Below, in pieces: positions 8,065 to 16,735 of a stretch of 18,478 nucleotides of DNA; position 1 is the first letter of the stretch; each line of letters starts with the position of its first letter. The position numbers and the translations under genes are program-made. Below the pieces are notes generated by a model that saw nothing but the letters and a program-made list of their open reading frames with translations, searched no databases and was not told the origin of the DNA. This stretch comes from a virus (lineage: Duplodnaviria; Heunggongvirae; Uroviricota; Caudoviricetes). The stretch spans positions 1-18,478 of IMG/VR virus record IMGVR_UViG_2802429220_000018. One strand, written 5' to 3'.

Positions 8065-11000
8065 ATGGGTAAAGGCAGCAGTAAGGGGCATACCCCGCGC
8101 GAAGCGAAGGATAACCTGAAATCCACGCAGCTGCTGAGTGTGATCGATGCCATCAGCGAAGGGCCGATTGAAGGTCCGGTGGATGGATTAAAAAGCGTGC
8201 TGCTGAACAGTACACCGGTGCTGGACAGTGAGGGGAATACCAACATCTCCGGTGTCACGGTGGTGTTCCGGGCAGGTGAGCAGGAGCAGACACCGCCGGA
8301 GGGATTTGAATCCTCCGGTTCCGAGACGGTGCTGGGTACGGAAGTGAAATACGACACGCCGATCACCCGGACCATCACGTCTGCAAACATCGACCGTCTG
8401 CGCTTTACCTTCGGTGTGCGGGCACTGGTGGAAACCACCTCAAAGGGTGACCGGAATCCGTCGGAAGTCCGCCTGCTGGTTCAGATACAACGTAACGGTG
8501 GCTGGGTGACAGAAAAAGACATCACCATTAAGGGCAAAACCACGTCGCAGTATCTGGCCTCGGTGGTGGTGGATAACCTGCCGCCGCGACCGTTCAATAT
8601 CCGGATGCGCAGGATGACACCGGACAGCACCACAGACCAGCTGCAGAACAAAACGCTCTGGTCGTCATACACCGAAATCATCGATGTGAAACAGTGCTAC
8701 CCGAACACGGCACTGGTCGGCGTGCAGGTGGATTCGGAGCAGTTCGGCAGCCAGCAGGTGAGCCGTAATTATCATCTTCGCGGGCGCATTCTGCAGGTGC
8801 CGTCGAACTATAACCCGCAGACGCGGCAATACAGCGGTATCTGGGACGGGACGTTTAAACCGGCATACAGCAACAACATGGCCTGGTGTCTGTGGGATAT
8901 GCTGACCCATCCGCGCTACGGCATGGGGAAGCGTCTCGGTGCGGCGGATGTGGACAAATGGGCGCTGTATGTCATCGGCCAGAATTGCGACCAGTCGGTG
9001 CCGGATGGCTTTGGTGGCACGGAGCCGCGCATCACCTGTAACGCTTACCTGACCACACAGCGCAAGGCGTGGGATGTGCTCAGTGATTTCTGCTCGGCGA
9101 TGCGCTGTATGCCGGTATGGAACGGGCAGACGCTGACGTTCGTGCAGGACCGACAGTCGGATAAGGTGTGGACCTATAACCGCAGTAATGTGGTGATGCC
9201 GGATGATGGCGCGCCGTTCCGCTACAGCTTCAGCGCCCTGAAGGACCGCCATAATGCCGTTGAGGTGAACTGGATTGACCCGAACAACGGCTGGGAGACG
9301 GCGACAGAGCTTGTTGAAGATACGCAGGCCATTGCCCGTTACGGTCGTAATGTCACGAAGATGGATGCCTTTGGTTGTACCAGTCGGGGGCAGGCACACC
9401 GAGCCGGGCTGTGGCTGATTAAAACGGAACTGCTGGAAACGCAGACCGTGGATTTCAGCGTGGGCGCAGAAGGGCTTCGCCATGTGCCGGGCGATGTTAT
9501 TGAAATCTGCGATGATGACTATGCCGGTATCAGCATCGGTGGTCGCGTGCTGGCGGTGAACAGCCAGACCCGGACGCTGACGCTCGACCGTGAAATCACG
9601 CTGCCATCCTCCGGCACCACGCTGATAAGCCTGGTTGACGGTGAGGGTAATCCGGTCAGCGTGGAGGTCCAGTCCGTCACCGACGGCGTGAAGGTGAAAG
9701 TGAGCCGTGTTCCTGACGGCGTTGCTGAATACAGCGTGTGGGGGCTGAAGTTGCCGACGTTGCGCCAGCGCCTGTTCCGCTGTGTGAGTATCCGTGAGAA
9801 CGACGACGGCACGTATGCCATCACTGCCGTGCAGCATGTGCCGGAAAAAGAGGCCATCGTGGATAACGGGGCGCACTTTGACGGCGACCAGAGCGGCACG
9901 GTGAATGGTGTCACGCCGCCAGCGGTGCAGCACCTGACCGCAGAAGTCACCGCAGACAGCGGGGAATACCAGGTGCTGGCGCGCTGGGACACGCCGAAGG
10001 TGGTGAAGGGCGTGAGCTTTATGCTTCGCCTGACCGTGGCAGCGGATGACGGCAGTGAGCGGCTGGTCAGCACGGCCCGGACGACGGAAACCACATACCG
10101 CTTCACGCAACTGGCTTTGGGAAACTACAGGCTGACAGTCCGGGCGGCAAATGCCTGGGGGCAGCAGGGCGATCCGGCGTCGGTATCGTTCCGGATTGCC
10201 GCACCGGCAGCACCGTCGCGGATTGAGCTGACGCCGGGCTATTTTCAGATAACCGCAACGCCGCATCTTGCCGTTTATGATCCGACGGTACAGTTTGAGT
10301 TCTGGTTCTCGGAAAAGCGGATTACCGATATCAGGCAGGTTGAAACCACAGCCCGCTATCTTGGCACGGGGCTGTACTGGATAGCCGCCAGTATCAATAT
10401 CAAACCGGGCCATGATTATTATTTTTACGTTCGCAGTGTGAACACCGTTGGCAAATCGGCATTTGTGGAGGCCGTCGGTCGGGCGAGCGATGATGCGGAA
10501 GGTTACCTGGATTTTTTCAAAGGCAAGATAACCGAATCCCATCTCGGCAAGGAGCTGCTGGAAAAAGTCGAGCTCACGGAGGATAACGCCAGCAGACTGG
10601 AGGAGTTTTCGAAAGAGTGGAAGGACGCCAACGATAAGTGGAATGCCATGTGGGCTGTCAAAATTGAGCAGACCAAAGACGGCAAACATTATGTCGCGGG
10701 TATTGGCCTCAGCATGGAGGACACGGAGGAAGGCAAACTGAGCCAGTTTCTGGTTGCCGCTAACCGTATCGCATTTATTGACCCGGCAAACGGGAATGAA
10801 ACGCCGATGTTTGTGGCGCAGGGCAATCAGATATTCATGAACGACGTGTTCCTGAAGCGCCTGACGGCCCCCACCATTACCAGCGGTGGCAGTCCTCCGG
10901 TATTTTCCCTGACATCAGACGGAAAGCTGACCGCTAAAAATGCGGATATCAGTGGCAGTGTGAATGCGAACGCCGGGACGCTCAACAATGTCACGGTAAA

Positions 11001-11478
11001 TGAAGACTGTACGATTAAGGGCATGCTGGAGGCGACTCAGGTCAGAGGTGACTTCGTTAAAGCTGTATCCAAATCATTCCCGAAACAGGCTGGTACGTGG
11101 GGTAACACGGAAACACCAAACGGGACGGTTACAGTCACCATCAGTGATGATCATAACTTTGACCGTCAAATCATTATTCCGCCCATTATCTTTAACGGAA
11201 TAGCGTATAGCGATCCGGGAAGTGGTAATAACCCGGGAGGTACAAGATACACGGGTTATGGTTTTGAAGTTCGCAAAAACGGTGTATTAATCGCATCCAG
11301 AGAAACTAAAGGGGCCATTCCCGGTAGCTACAGTGCGGTTATTGATATGCCGAGTGGCAGGGGAAGCGTCACTCTGGAGTTTAAGGTTTTCCATAAAGGC
11401 AATCAGTGGGCAGGTAATATCACCGACTGTACGGTGATTGTGACCAAAAAAGCCGCTTCCGGCATCAGTATTCGTTGA
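8065..11478 (+). CDS. J: Central tail fibre / tip attachment protein gpJ (1137 aa)
   Basis: ATG 8065 with GGAG upstream. [42 protein letters not shown]... is the lambda J N-terminus. Length 1137 aa against about 1132 for lambda J as I recall. Confidence 0.95.
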   Translation: MGKGSSKGHTPREAKDNLKSTQLLSVIDAISEGPIEGPVDGLKSVLLNSTPVLDSEGNTNISGVTVVFRAGEQEQTPPEGFESSGSETVLGTEVKYDTPITRTITSANIDRLRFTFGVRALVETTSKGDRNPSEVRLLVQIQRNGGWVTEKDITIKGKTTSQYLASVVVDNLPPRPFNIRMRRMTPDSTTDQLQNKTLWSSYTEIIDVKQCYPNTALVGVQVDSEQFGSQQVSRNYHLRGRILQVPSNYNPQTRQYSGIWDGTFKPAYSNNMAWCLWDMLTHPRYGMGKRLGAADVDKWALYVIGQNCDQSVPDGFGGTEPRITCNAYLTTQRKAWDVLSDFCSAMRCMPVWNGQTLTFVQDRQSDKVWTYNRSNVVMPDDGAPFRYSFSALKDRHNAVEVNWIDPNNGWETATELVEDTQAIARYGRNVTKMDAFGCTSRGQAHRAGLWLIKTELLETQTVDFSVGAEGLRHVPGDVIEICDDDYAGISIGGRVLAVNSQTRTLTLDREITLPSSGTTLISLVDGEGNPVSVEVQSVTDGVKVKVSRVPDGVAEYSVWGLKLPTLRQRLFRCVSIRENDDGTYAITAVQHVPEKEAIVDNGAHFDGDQSGTVNGVTPPAVQHLTAEVTADSGEYQVLARWDTPKVVKGVSFMLRLTVAADDGSERLVSTARTTETTYRFTQLALGNYRLTVRAANAWGQQGDPASVSFRIAAPAAPSRIELTPGYFQITATPHLAVYDPTVQFEFWFSEKRITDIRQVETTARYLGTGLYWIAASINIKPGHDYYFYVRSVNTVGKSAFVEAVGRASDDAEGYLDFFKGKITESHLGKELLEKVELTEDNASRLEEFSKEWKDANDKWNAMWAVKIEQTKDGKHYVAGIGLSMEDTEEGKLSQFLVAANRIAFIDPANGNETPMFVAQGNQIFMNDVFLKRLTAPTITSGGSPPVFSLTSDGKLTAKNADISGSVNANAGTLNNVTVNEDCTIKGMLEATQVRGDFVKAVSKSFPKQAGTWGNTETPNGTVTVTISDDHNFDRQIIIPPIIFNGIAYSDPGSGNNPGGTRYTGYGFEVRKNGVLIASRETKGAIPGSYSAVIDMPSGRGSVTLEFKVFHKGNQWAGNITDCTVIVTKKAASGISIR

Positions 11479-11499
11479 AATTGTTATAACCCATATAAG

Positions 11500-11524
11500 G
11501 GCACCAGAAATGGTGCCTTTTTTA
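11500..11524 (+). terminator. Rho-independent terminator after J
   Basis: ggcacca-gaaa-tggtgcc stem-loop (11500-11517) followed by TTTTTTATT. Confidence 0.75.
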
Positions 11525-11547
11525 TTGCAGAAAAGCGAGAGGTAATT

Positions 11548-12147
11548 ATGCGTAAACTTTATGCCGCCATTTTTTCCGCAGCCATCTGTCTGGCCGTATC
11601 CGGTGCGCCTGCATGGGCATCTGAACATCAGTCCACGCTGAGCGCGGGGTATCTTCATGCCTCGACGAACGTTCCCGGCAGCGATGATCTGAACGGGATT
11701 AACGTGAAATACCGTTATGAGTTTACGGATACGCTGGGGATGGTGACGTCATTCAGCTATGCAGGAGACAAGAATCGCCAGCTTACCCGTTACAGCGATA
11801 CCCGCTGGCATGAAGATTCCGTGCGTAACCGCTGGTTCAGCGTGATGGCGGGGCCGTCTGTGCGCGTGAATGAATGGTTCAGCGCGTATGCGATGGCGGG
11901 TATGGCTTACAGCCGTGTTTCGACGTTCTCCGGGGATTATCTCCGCGTAACTGACAACAAGGGGAAAACGCACGATGTGCTGACCGGAAGTGATGGCGGT
12001 CGCCACAGCAACACGTCTCTGGCGTGGGGGGCTGGCGTGCAGTTTAACCCGACCGAATCCGTGGCCATTGACCTTGCTTATGAAGGTTCCGGCAGTGGCG
12101 ACTGGCGCACTGACGGTTTCATCGTGGGTGTCGGTTATAAATTCTGA
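11548..12147 (+). CDS. lom: Lom / Ail family outer-membrane beta-barrel protein (199 aa, signal peptide)
   Basis: ATG 11548 with GAGAGG about 6 nt upstream. N-terminal signal peptide [24 protein letters not shown]; C-terminus ...[26 protein letters not shown] is the Ail/Lom/PagC signature ending in an aromatic residue; same position as lambda lom. Confidence 0.9.
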
Positions 12148-12173
12148 TTAGCCAGGTAACACAGTGTTATGAC

Positions 12174-12200
12174 AGCCCGTCGGTTCAGGCGGGCTTTTTT
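12174..12200 (+). terminator. Rho-independent terminator after lom
   Basis: agcccg-loop-cgggct stem (12174-12195) followed by TTTTTT (12195-12200). Confidence 0.7.
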
Positions 12201-12211
12201 GTGGAGTGGAT

Positions 12212-14587
12212 ATGGCAGCAGTAAAAATCTCAGGTGTGCTGAAAGATGGTGCGGGAAAACCAATACAGAACTGCACTATTCAACTGAAGGCAAAGCGTAA
12301 CAGCACCACGGTACTGGTGAACACGGTGGCCTCTGAAAATCCGGATGAAGCCGGGCGTTACAGCATGGACGTTGAGTATGGCCAGTACAGCGTTATCCTG
12401 CTGGTTGAAGGTTTTCCGCCTTCACATGCCGGAACCATTACCGTCTATGAAGGTTCCAGACCAGGTACGCTGAATGATTTTCTCGGTGCCATGACGGAAG
12501 ATGATGTCATGCCGGAGGCATTGCGTCGTTTTGAGGCAATGGTGGAAGAAGCGGCACACAACGCTGAAGCCGCCTCTCAGAGCGCAGCGGCGGCAAAGAA
12601 ATCCGAAGCTGCTGCGGCATCATCGAAGAACGCGGCGAAAAGCTCAGAAACGAATGCAGCTAACAGCGCACAGGCGGCAGCGGCCTCACAGACTGCATCG
12701 GCAAACTCCGCGACAGCAGCCCAAAAATCAGAAACCAACGCGAAAAATAGCGAAACAGCCGCAAAGACGAGCGAAACCAACGCAAAGTCCAGCCAGACGT
12801 CAGCGAAAACAAGCGAAACGAATGCCAAAACCAGTGAAACTGCGGCGAAAAGCAGTCAGGCTGCAGCAGCCGAAAGCGAGAGTGCTGCAGCCGGTTCTGC
12901 GACTTCAGCAGCTGGATCAGCAACTGCTGCGGCTAACAGCCAGAAAGCAGCGAAGACGAGCGAAACTAACGCAAAGTCCAGCCAGACGGCAGCGAAGACC
13001 AGCGAAACGAATGCCAAAGCCAGCGAAACTGCGGCGAAAAACAGTCAGGATGCAGCGGCCCAAAGCGAGAGTGCCGCAGCTGGTTCTGCAAGTGCGGCGG
13101 CTTCTTCTGCCACTGCATCAGCCAACAGTCAAAAAGCTGCAAAAACCAGTGAAACCAACGCAAAGGCGAGCGAGACTGCGGCGGCTAACTCGGCGAAAGC
13201 ATCCGCTGCAAGCCAGACGGCTGCAAAAGCAAGTGAAGACGCAGCCAGAGAGTATGCAAGCCAGGCTGCGGAGCCGTATAAACAAGTTTTGCAGCCGCTT
13301 CCCGATGTGTGGATACCGTTTAACGATTCACTGGATATGATTACGGGCTTTTCGCCGTCATATAAAAAGATTGTTATTGGTGATGATGAAATAACGATGC
13401 CTGGCGATAAGGTTGTAAAGTTTAAACGCGCATCGAAAGCAACCTATATTAATAAATCTGGTGTGCTGACAGAGGCTGCCATTGACGAGCCACGATTTGA
13501 ACGTGATGGCCTGCTTATTGAGGGGCAAAGAACAAACTACATGCTCAATTCGGAAAACCCTGCCAGTTGGGGGCGATCGTCAAATATGGATGTTCCCGAA
13601 ACCGGGAAGGATAGTTTTGGTTTTACCTATGGAAAGTTTGTCTGTAACGATTCTCTGATTGGGCAAACCTCAGCCATTAATATGGCATCAATTGCTGCAA
13701 CAAAGTCAGTTGATGTCTCAGGCGATAATAAATACGTGACAACCTCATGTCGTTTTAAAACAGAACTGCAGGTAAGGTTGCGTATCCGGTTTGATAAATA
13801 TGACGGTAGCGCAACAACTTTTCTTGGTGATGCGTATATTGATACACAAACGCTTGAAATTAATATGACAGGCGGCGCTGCCTCAAGGATTACAGCGAGA
13901 GTCAGAAAGGACGAAGCTACCGGATGGATTTTTGCAGAGGCAACAATTCAGGCAATTGATGGGGAGTTAAAAATAGGTTCTCAGATACAGTATTCTCCTA
14001 AGCAGGGCGGGGCAACCGTATCTGGTGACTATATTTATCTGGCCACCCCACAAGTAGAAAATGGGCCTTGTGTATCATCTTTTATTATATCAGGAACGAC
14101 GGCGGCGACCCGCGCAAGCGATATAGTTACAGTTCCCATTAAGAATAATCTTTATAATCTTCCTTTTACGGTTCTTTGTGAGGTACATAAGAACTGGTAT
14201 AAAACGCCAAATGCAGCGCCGCGTGTTTTTGACACCGGCGGTCATCAAACCGGAGCGGCAATTATTCTTGGATTCGGTTCTTCAGCAGATTACGACGGAT
14301 TTCCTTATTGCGATATTGGAGGAGCTAACAGACGGGTAAACGAAAACGCATTGCTTGAAAAAATGGTTATGGGGATGCGTGTAAAGTCAGATCAGTCTAC
14401 GTGCTCAGTAAGTAACGGGCGTATATCCAGCCAAACAAAAACCACATGGTCCTATATTCAGAACACCGCAATTATCCGTATTGGAGGCCAAACTACAGCC
14501 GGGTTACGTCATTTATTTGGTCATGTCAGGAATTTCAGAATATGGCACAAGGCATTGACTGATGCTCAGGTGGGGGAGTCAATCTAA
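12212..14587 (+). CDS. stf: Side tail fibre protein (Stf-like, 791 aa from ATG 12212): lambda-like N-terminus, Ala/Ser/Thr/Lys-rich repeat shaft, non-lambda C-terminal domain
   Basis: ATG 12212 with GGAG about 6 nt upstream (the track start 12206 is a GTG two codons earlier). The N-terminus MAAVKISGVLKDGAGKPIQNCTIQLKAKRNSTT... matches lambda Stf as I recall it. The central region is built of KTSETNAKSSQTAAK-type repeats; the C-terminal approx 440 aa is not like lambda Stf, but I did not compare the C-terminus carefully. Confidence 0.85.
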   Translation: MAAVKISGVLKDGAGKPIQNCTIQLKAKRNSTTVLVNTVASENPDEAGRYSMDVEYGQYSVILLVEGFPPSHAGTITVYEGSRPGTLNDFLGAMTEDDVMPEALRRFEAMVEEAAHNAEAASQSAAAAKKSEAAAASSKNAAKSSETNAANSAQAAAASQTASANSATAAQKSETNAKNSETAAKTSETNAKSSQTSAKTSETNAKTSETAAKSSQAAAAESESAAAGSATSAAGSATAAANSQKAAKTSETNAKSSQTAAKTSETNAKASETAAKNSQDAAAQSESAAAGSASAAASSATASANSQKAAKTSETNAKASETAAANSAKASAASQTAAKASEDAAREYASQAAEPYKQVLQPLPDVWIPFNDSLDMITGFSPSYKKIVIGDDEITMPGDKVVKFKRASKATYINKSGVLTEAAIDEPRFERDGLLIEGQRTNYMLNSENPASWGRSSNMDVPETGKDSFGFTYGKFVCNDSLIGQTSAINMASIAATKSVDVSGDNKYVTTSCRFKTELQVRLRIRFDKYDGSATTFLGDAYIDTQTLEINMTGGAASRITARVRKDEATGWIFAEATIQAIDGELKIGSQIQYSPKQGGATVSGDYIYLATPQVENGPCVSSFIISGTTAATRASDIVTVPIKNNLYNLPFTVLCEVHKNWYKTPNAAPRVFDTGGHQTGAAIILGFGSSADYDGFPYCDIGGANRRVNENALLEKMVMGMRVKSDQSTCSVSNGRISSQTKTTWSYIQNTAIIRIGGQTTAGLRHLFGHVRNFRIWHKALTDAQVGESI
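12764..13250 (+). repeat. In-frame tandem repeat of a 189-bp unit (about 2.5 copies) inside stf, with more degenerate 21-bp sub-repeats extending upstream to about 12590
   Basis: Unit starts aagacgagcgaaaccaacgcaaagtccagccagacg at 12764 and 12953, with a diverged third copy at 13142; this gives two near-identical 63-aa protein blocks. Confidence 0.8.
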
Positions 14588-14868
14588 TGAAAGATTTAAC
14601 ACTCAAATTTGCCGACAGGGCCGACTTTTCGGCCTTTATGGAGAGTACTGGCTATTATGATGACGAGTCGATGCAGGATGATATTCTTATTGACGTGATA
14701 GGTAACGTGTACAAAGAAACCGGAGAACTGAATGAAGATGGCGAACCGGTATGTGTTAAGGAAGACGGATATTTTGTAAACGTGCGCATCATTAATGATG
14801 TGAAAACACCATCAATATTCGATGAATACGTGGTTGCTGTTGAGCATCAACTTCGTGGCTGGATGTGA
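14587..14868 (+). CDS. Hypothetical small acidic protein (93 aa), translationally coupled to stf; candidate fibre chaperone or adaptor
   Basis: ATG 14587 overlaps the stf stop (TAATG). D/E-rich, no hydrophobic segment. It occupies the position where lambda carries tfa but does not resemble lambda Tfa. Confidence 0.55.
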   Translation: MKDLTLKFADRADFSAFMESTGYYDDESMQDDILIDVIGNVYKETGELNEDGEPVCVKEDGYFVNVRIINDVKTPSIFDEYVVAVEHQLRGWM

Positions 14869-14877
14869 GGAAGAATA

Positions 14878-15918
14878 ATGGCTACATCGACAGTAATTCC
14901 TGATGACATCAAAACGCTAAAATCCGATGTTAGTAAACTAAAAAACGATCAAGGAAGCTACGCAACAAAATCATATGTAGACAGCAAAGATGAAACCGTT
15001 GGTGACTGGTCTGCTTCATGGTATCAGCAGGTATTGCCAACTAGCGGAGCTATATTTGGGAGAAAACTCCGCTCAACTCACAGGACGGCAGGTGTTGAGG
15101 ATGCGTATTGCGAACTATACCTCAAAAAATGGATAGACAGTCCAGGTAACGCAATGGCGCGCCTTAACCTGAACGATAACGGGACAAACATTTGCTGGGA
15201 CTTTACCAACCTTTATGGCGGTACGATGATTTTTCCCGGTGACAGCGGATACCTCAAAATGGGTGACTGCCTTATGTCATACAGCAAGCGTGGAAGTAAC
15301 GCGCTTATTAAATTTGATTACACCGACACATTACAGATCAAATATGCTAATCATGGGTCAACCATGACATTAAACACACAGGGAACCGCTCACGCTGGCG
15401 TAACAACTAGACTATGGGGTAATTCTAGCCGTCCGGTTGTTTATGAAGTTGGCGTAGATGAGGCTCTGTATATGTTCTACGCACAGAAAACTACCAGCAA
15501 TACCTACGAATTAACGGTTAACGGCGCGTGCAATGCAAGTGCATTTAATCAAGGCTCCGACCGGGATCTGAAAGACAATATTCAGGTGATCGATAATGCA
15601 ATCGACCGCATTCGTAAAATGAACGGCTATACATACACGCTTAAAGAAAACGGTATGCCTTACGCTGGTGTTATTGCACAAGAAACCCTGGAAGCCATCC
15701 CCGAAGCCGTAGGGTCTATGATGAAATATCCAGACGGCGGGAGTGGATTAGATGGAGAAGAAGGTGAACGGTATTACACTGTAGATTATTCTGGTGTTAC
15801 TGGCTTGCTTGTTCAGGTAGCCAGAGAGTCAGACGACAGGATAACAGCACTGGAAGAAGAAAACGCAGAATTAAGACAAAGATTATCTGCAATTGAGGCG
15901 GCGCTTGCGTCTAAATAA
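14878..15918 (+). CDS. Tail fibre / tailspike-like protein (346 aa) with C-terminal intramolecular chaperone autoproteolytic domain (Peptidase_S74 type, about residues 227-346)
   Basis: ATG 14878 with GAGGAAG upstream. The C-terminal motif SDRDLKDNIQVIDNAIDRIRKMNGYTYTLKE....GVIAQETLEAIPEAV fits the conserved SDxxxKxNI ... GxxYxxK ... GVIAQEV..P signature of the endosialidase / T5 L-shaped-fibre C-terminal chaperone, followed by a coiled-coil-like tail. Confidence 0.7.
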   Translation: MATSTVIPDDIKTLKSDVSKLKNDQGSYATKSYVDSKDETVGDWSASWYQQVLPTSGAIFGRKLRSTHRTAGVEDAYCELYLKKWIDSPGNAMARLNLNDNGTNICWDFTNLYGGTMIFPGDSGYLKMGDCLMSYSKRGSNALIKFDYTDTLQIKYANHGSTMTLNTQGTAHAGVTTRLWGNSSRPVVYEVGVDEALYMFYAQKTTSNTYELTVNGACNASAFNQGSDRDLKDNIQVIDNAIDRIRKMNGYTYTLKENGMPYAGVIAQETLEAIPEAVGSMMKYPDGGSGLDGEEGERYYTVDYSGVTGLLVQVARESDDRITALEEENAELRQRLSAIEAALASK

Positions 15919-15922
15919 TATT

Positions 15923-15946
15923 AAGGGGCCGAGCGCCCCGTTTTAT
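15923..15946 (+). terminator. Weak candidate terminator hairpin after the fibre-like gene
   Basis: ggggc-cgagc-gcccc stem-loop (15925-15939) followed by GTTTTATT; short stem and interrupted T tract. Confidence 0.35.
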
Positions 15947-15960
15947 TGGGTAGGATGAAA

Positions 15961-16254
15961 ATGGATATAACACCTTTCCTTCATGCTCTTTGTGCTGTGG
16001 CTGCGCAGCTACTGATTGGTCTTTTTACCGGGAACTGGGCTTACGGAGCGATAGCCGGTTGTACGTTCTTCATTGCGCGTGAACACACCCAGGCAGAATA
16101 TCGCTGGATTGAAATGTTCGGGCATGGCAAGCGTATGAATATGCCGTGGTGGGGCGGTTTTGATCCACGCGCGTGGGATGTGGCAAGCATGATGGATTTT
16201 GCTGTGCCGGTGGTGGCGTGTCTGCTGGTCTGGCGGTTAGTTAATCGTGGGTGA
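15961..16254 (+). CDS. Hypothetical small membrane protein (97 aa from ATG 15961; two predicted hydrophobic segments)
   Basis: ATG 15961 with AGGA 5 nt upstream (the track's 15946 start is a TTG; ATG 15955 is also possible). Hydrophobic stretches FLHALCAVAAQLLIGLFTG...AIAGCTFFIA and MMDFAVPVVACLLVWRLV. No family recognised. Confidence 0.5.
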   Translation: MDITPFLHALCAVAAQLLIGLFTGNWAYGAIAGCTFFIAREHTQAEYRWIEMFGHGKRMNMPWWGGFDPRAWDVASMMDFAVPVVACLLVWRLVNRG

Positions 16255-16700
16255 AAAAGCATGTTTAGTGTACTTTCCCGAAACTGATAGTAAGTGGCGA
16301 GATTAATTACCTGCTTCAGACTGAATGATTTTTTGCAAGCGCCACAGAAGTAATAGGGGTGAGTGAAAAAATATTATATATTAATGAATTGCGTTATTGC
16401 ATCATCAGCTCAAAATGATGAATAACTAGAATTCCTGTCATAGCATTAATGGCTGAATTGGTGGGATGATATATCAGATAGAGTATCAATAAAAGCTGGA
16501 ATGCATGTGGATTCAAATGGTTTTTGGCTAGATGATACTTATATCATATATTATATGAAGTATTTTAATGTTGCTCTGGAGGGAAATAGTGAGAGATGCA
16601 CGGCGAAGCACGTCTTGAACTAAATATACACAAGTAAATCATGCTTTCGCCGCTGTATTAGAGCTTTGTTTCAGATTTGTTAATCGCCAGGTATTACCCC

Positions 16701-16722
16701 ACCAAAAAAATGATTTTTTGGT
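16701..16722. terminator. Perfect 9-bp A/T-rich hairpin (accaaaaaa-atga-ttttttggt) 14 bp past the KAP gene stop; candidate bidirectional terminator
   Basis: 16701-16709 is the exact reverse complement of 16714-16722. The U-rich arm could serve as the 3' tract; weak because of the AT-only stem. Confidence 0.3.
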
Positions 16723-16735
16723 AAAGTGGATGTTC

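Noticed and set aside
5886-8091. Minus-strand ORFs overlapping M, L, K and I (5886-6698, 6707-7135, 7017-7382, 7596-7853, 7864-8091) and the plus-strand alternate-frame ORFs 7071-7307 and 7760-7993
   Set aside because: All are embedded in well-supported lambda tail-tip genes on the plus strand; they have no independent start signals and junk-like composition.
8665-10689. 674-aa minus-strand ORF antisense to J (also 9519-10106 and 8049-8438)
   Set aside because: Fully embedded in the J coding region. The length reflects the lack of stop codons on the antisense strand of a GC-rich gene, and the product is Arg/His/Pro-rich junk-like sequence.
12764-13250. Possible CRISPR-like repeat array
   Set aside because: The repeats are 189 bp long, in-frame and protein-coding, with no short repeat-spacer architecture, so this is not CRISPR.
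12501-13340. 279-aa Arg/Lys/Gln-rich plus-strand ORF and minus-strand ORFs (12577-12828, 12660-12923, 12966-13163) in the stf repeat region
   Set aside because: These are alternative-frame readings of the GCx/AAx-rich tandem repeats of the fibre shaft. The stf frame is continuous with the lambda-like N-terminus and the downstream C-terminal domain.
12206-15960. Alternative non-ATG track starts (GTG 12206 for stf; TTG 15946 for the membrane protein)
   Set aside because: Each has an ATG with better Shine-Dalgarno spacing 2-5 codons downstream (12212 and 15961); the track appears to report the longest ORF with any NTG start.
16501-16623. 40-codon ORF (MHVDSNGFWLDDTYIIYYMKYFNVALEG...) in the AT-rich intergenic region
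   Set aside because: Weak ribosome-binding site, AT-rich random-looking composition and no recognisable motif. AT-rich DNA often yields short open frames by chance (TA-rich stop codons are frequent but not guaranteed). It is mentioned in the findings only as something to check with expression data.
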